DNA from: Chitinophagaceae bacterium
GTDB lineage: Bacteria > Bacteroidota > Bacteroidia > Chitinophagales > Chitinophagaceae
Length of the DNA stretch: 16,510 nucleotides
Assembly (NCBI GenBank): GCA_004173255.1
Contig: SDZZ01000146.1
Coordinates: forward strand, 1 to 16,510
Reading direction: 5' to 3'
A program made the position numbers and the translations under genes. How positions within the stretch are numbered: the stretch's first letter is position 1; each line of letters begins with the position of its first letter. The notes under the pieces were generated by a model. That model had not been told where the DNA came from, made no database searches, and was given only the letters and a program-made list of their open reading frames with translations. Positions 15,536 to 16,510 of the stretch are shown here, piece by piece.

Positions 15536-15943
15536 AACATTTGTTGAAGTACCATATCAAACATAGCTTCCCCACAGCGGGATAAGCACGTTGTTATACC
15601 GGCAGTCGATTCACCGGATGTCCGAACGATAAATTTTGTTTTAAAGCTGGATGCGAAATGCATCCATTCAATATGTATACGCGGCCAGATTGGGTTTCAG
15701 GGGCTGGCTGGCCTTGCCCGCATTGCTCTAAAGATATTGCAATTCAACGGGAGTTTTGAAAAATCAGGGGAAATCCGGATAAAATCCCGGCAGGGGAAAT
15801 CAGTCCTCAAAACACCATTCCATGCACCTGGTTGCAAGCAGGCAACGCTACAAACCAGTACCAACAAGCCTTTCGTACACACGGCAGGATTCTTGTTTAA
15901 CCATCGGTAGTCTATCTCTTCCTACATTGCTTAAAAATCCCGC

Positions 15944-16345
15944 ATGACCTCTTTACTTGGCGCACAGCTATTCCAGTTAATCATCCTTGCCATACCGGTG
16001 GCCTGTATCGCCTGGACGGTAACCCACGAAGAGGTATTCAGGGAACCACGTGAATATTGCGCGGGCCAGTCGAAGAGCGGCAGCCTTGCCAAACGGAAAT
16101 TTTTCTATCTCTTCACCTGTGAATACTGCTTCAGCCACTACGTCACATTGGGGATGCTTGCCATCACAAAATTCCAACTGCTTTACACAGATTGGAGGGG
16201 TTATCTGATCAGCTTTTTTGCCCTGGTATGGGTAGCAAATATCTACATGGGCTTTTATGCCCGCATAAGAATTGATATAAAAAAAGACCGCGTCATCATT
16301 GCAGAGAAAGAACAAAGCCTGCGTGACGGGAACGATAGCGAATAA
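15944..16345 (+). CDS. Hypothetical small membrane protein
   Basis: 133 aa with about three hydrophobic segments (LFQLIILAIPVACIAW; YVTLGMLAI; YLISFFALVWVANIYMGF). I am not confident of any family assignment. The overlapping minus ORF 15977..16489 is less protein-like. Confidence 0.45.
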   Translation: MTSLLGAQLFQLIILAIPVACIAWTVTHEEVFREPREYCAGQSKSGSLAKRKFFYLFTCEYCFSHYVTLGMLAITKFQLLYTDWRGYLISFFALVWVANIYMGFYARIRIDIKKDRVIIAEKEQSLRDGNDSE

Positions 16346-16413
16346 ATCCAAAATGCCGTGGCAGGAATTTTGCCGATTAAGATTACCTTCCCGGCTCATT
16401 AATACTTTATCGG

Positions 16414-16510
16414 ATGAGTGATCAACTTGCAAATGAACAGCGTGACTACCGGACCTGGGAGGATTTCCTGGTAGTGGGCGTTGGGGCATCGGCTGGTGGA
16501 GTGGAGGCGC
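16414..16510 (+). CDS. N-terminus of a CheB-methylesterase-domain protein (CheB/CheR-type chemotaxis or sensor fusion). The 3' end lies outside the window
   Basis: MSDQLANEQRDYRTWEDFLVVGVGASAGGVEA. The VVGVGASAGGVEA motif is the characteristic start of the CheB methylesterase catalytic domain. Confidence 0.5.
   Translation, partial: MSDQLANEQRDYRTWEDFLVVGVGASAGGVEA

Noticed and set aside
15536-15943. Sigma54 (-24/-12) promoter in the divergent intergenic region
   Set aside because: TGGC and TTGC elements are present (around 15703-15722), but the GG-to-GC spacing is 15 or 10 nt and not the required 12. No convincing match.
15977-16489. 170-aa minus-strand ORF
   Set aside because: It overlaps both the + strand membrane-protein ORF and the + strand CheB-like start. 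Its composition (Pro/Gly/Arg-rich N-terminus) is not convincing, so the + strand genes are preferred.

Overview
The window appears to come from a Bacteroidetes-type chromosome (Chitinophagaceae/Sphingobacteriia-like codon usage), and most of it is ordinary housekeeping/accessory metabolism. The left flank carries a 3'-truncated alanine-dehydrogenase/PNT-like gene, an AhpD/CMD-family gene, a Crp/Fnr regulator and a tRNA-Leu(CAA). The right flank carries a secreted cupin, a PfkB sugar kinase, a D-2-hydroxyacid dehydrogenase, a degenerate sigma54-activator-like regulator, a small membrane protein and the first residues of a CheB-methylesterase-domain protein. The centre (about 2.2-12.2 kb), immediately downstream of the tRNA, is the unusual part. 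A divergently transcribed XRE-family regulator faces an operon: a small ORF, then PspA/IM30 (bacterial ESCRT-III superfamily), then NfeD/YqiJ-like, then flotillin/SPFH, then a roughly 1615-aa uncharacterised protein ending in a MoxR/AAA_5-type ATPase domain. The three distal genes (NfeD, flotillin, giant ATPase) are bracketed by two tandem-repeat arrays. One has 7 units of about 29 bp and lies between pspA and nfeD; the other has 11 units of 22 bp and sits directly after the giant gene's stop codon. The arrays share the core GGATGACAA/TTGTCATCC in inverted orientation. Neither array is a CRISPR, and no integrase, transposase or recombinase is present. I cannot place the giant ATPase in a named family from sequence alone. 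The combination of PspA, SPFH/NfeD and a giant AAA_5 protein with flanking inverted repeat arrays looks like a candidate uncharacterised membrane-remodelling or stress system. It might instead be a defence-type system; that is speculative.
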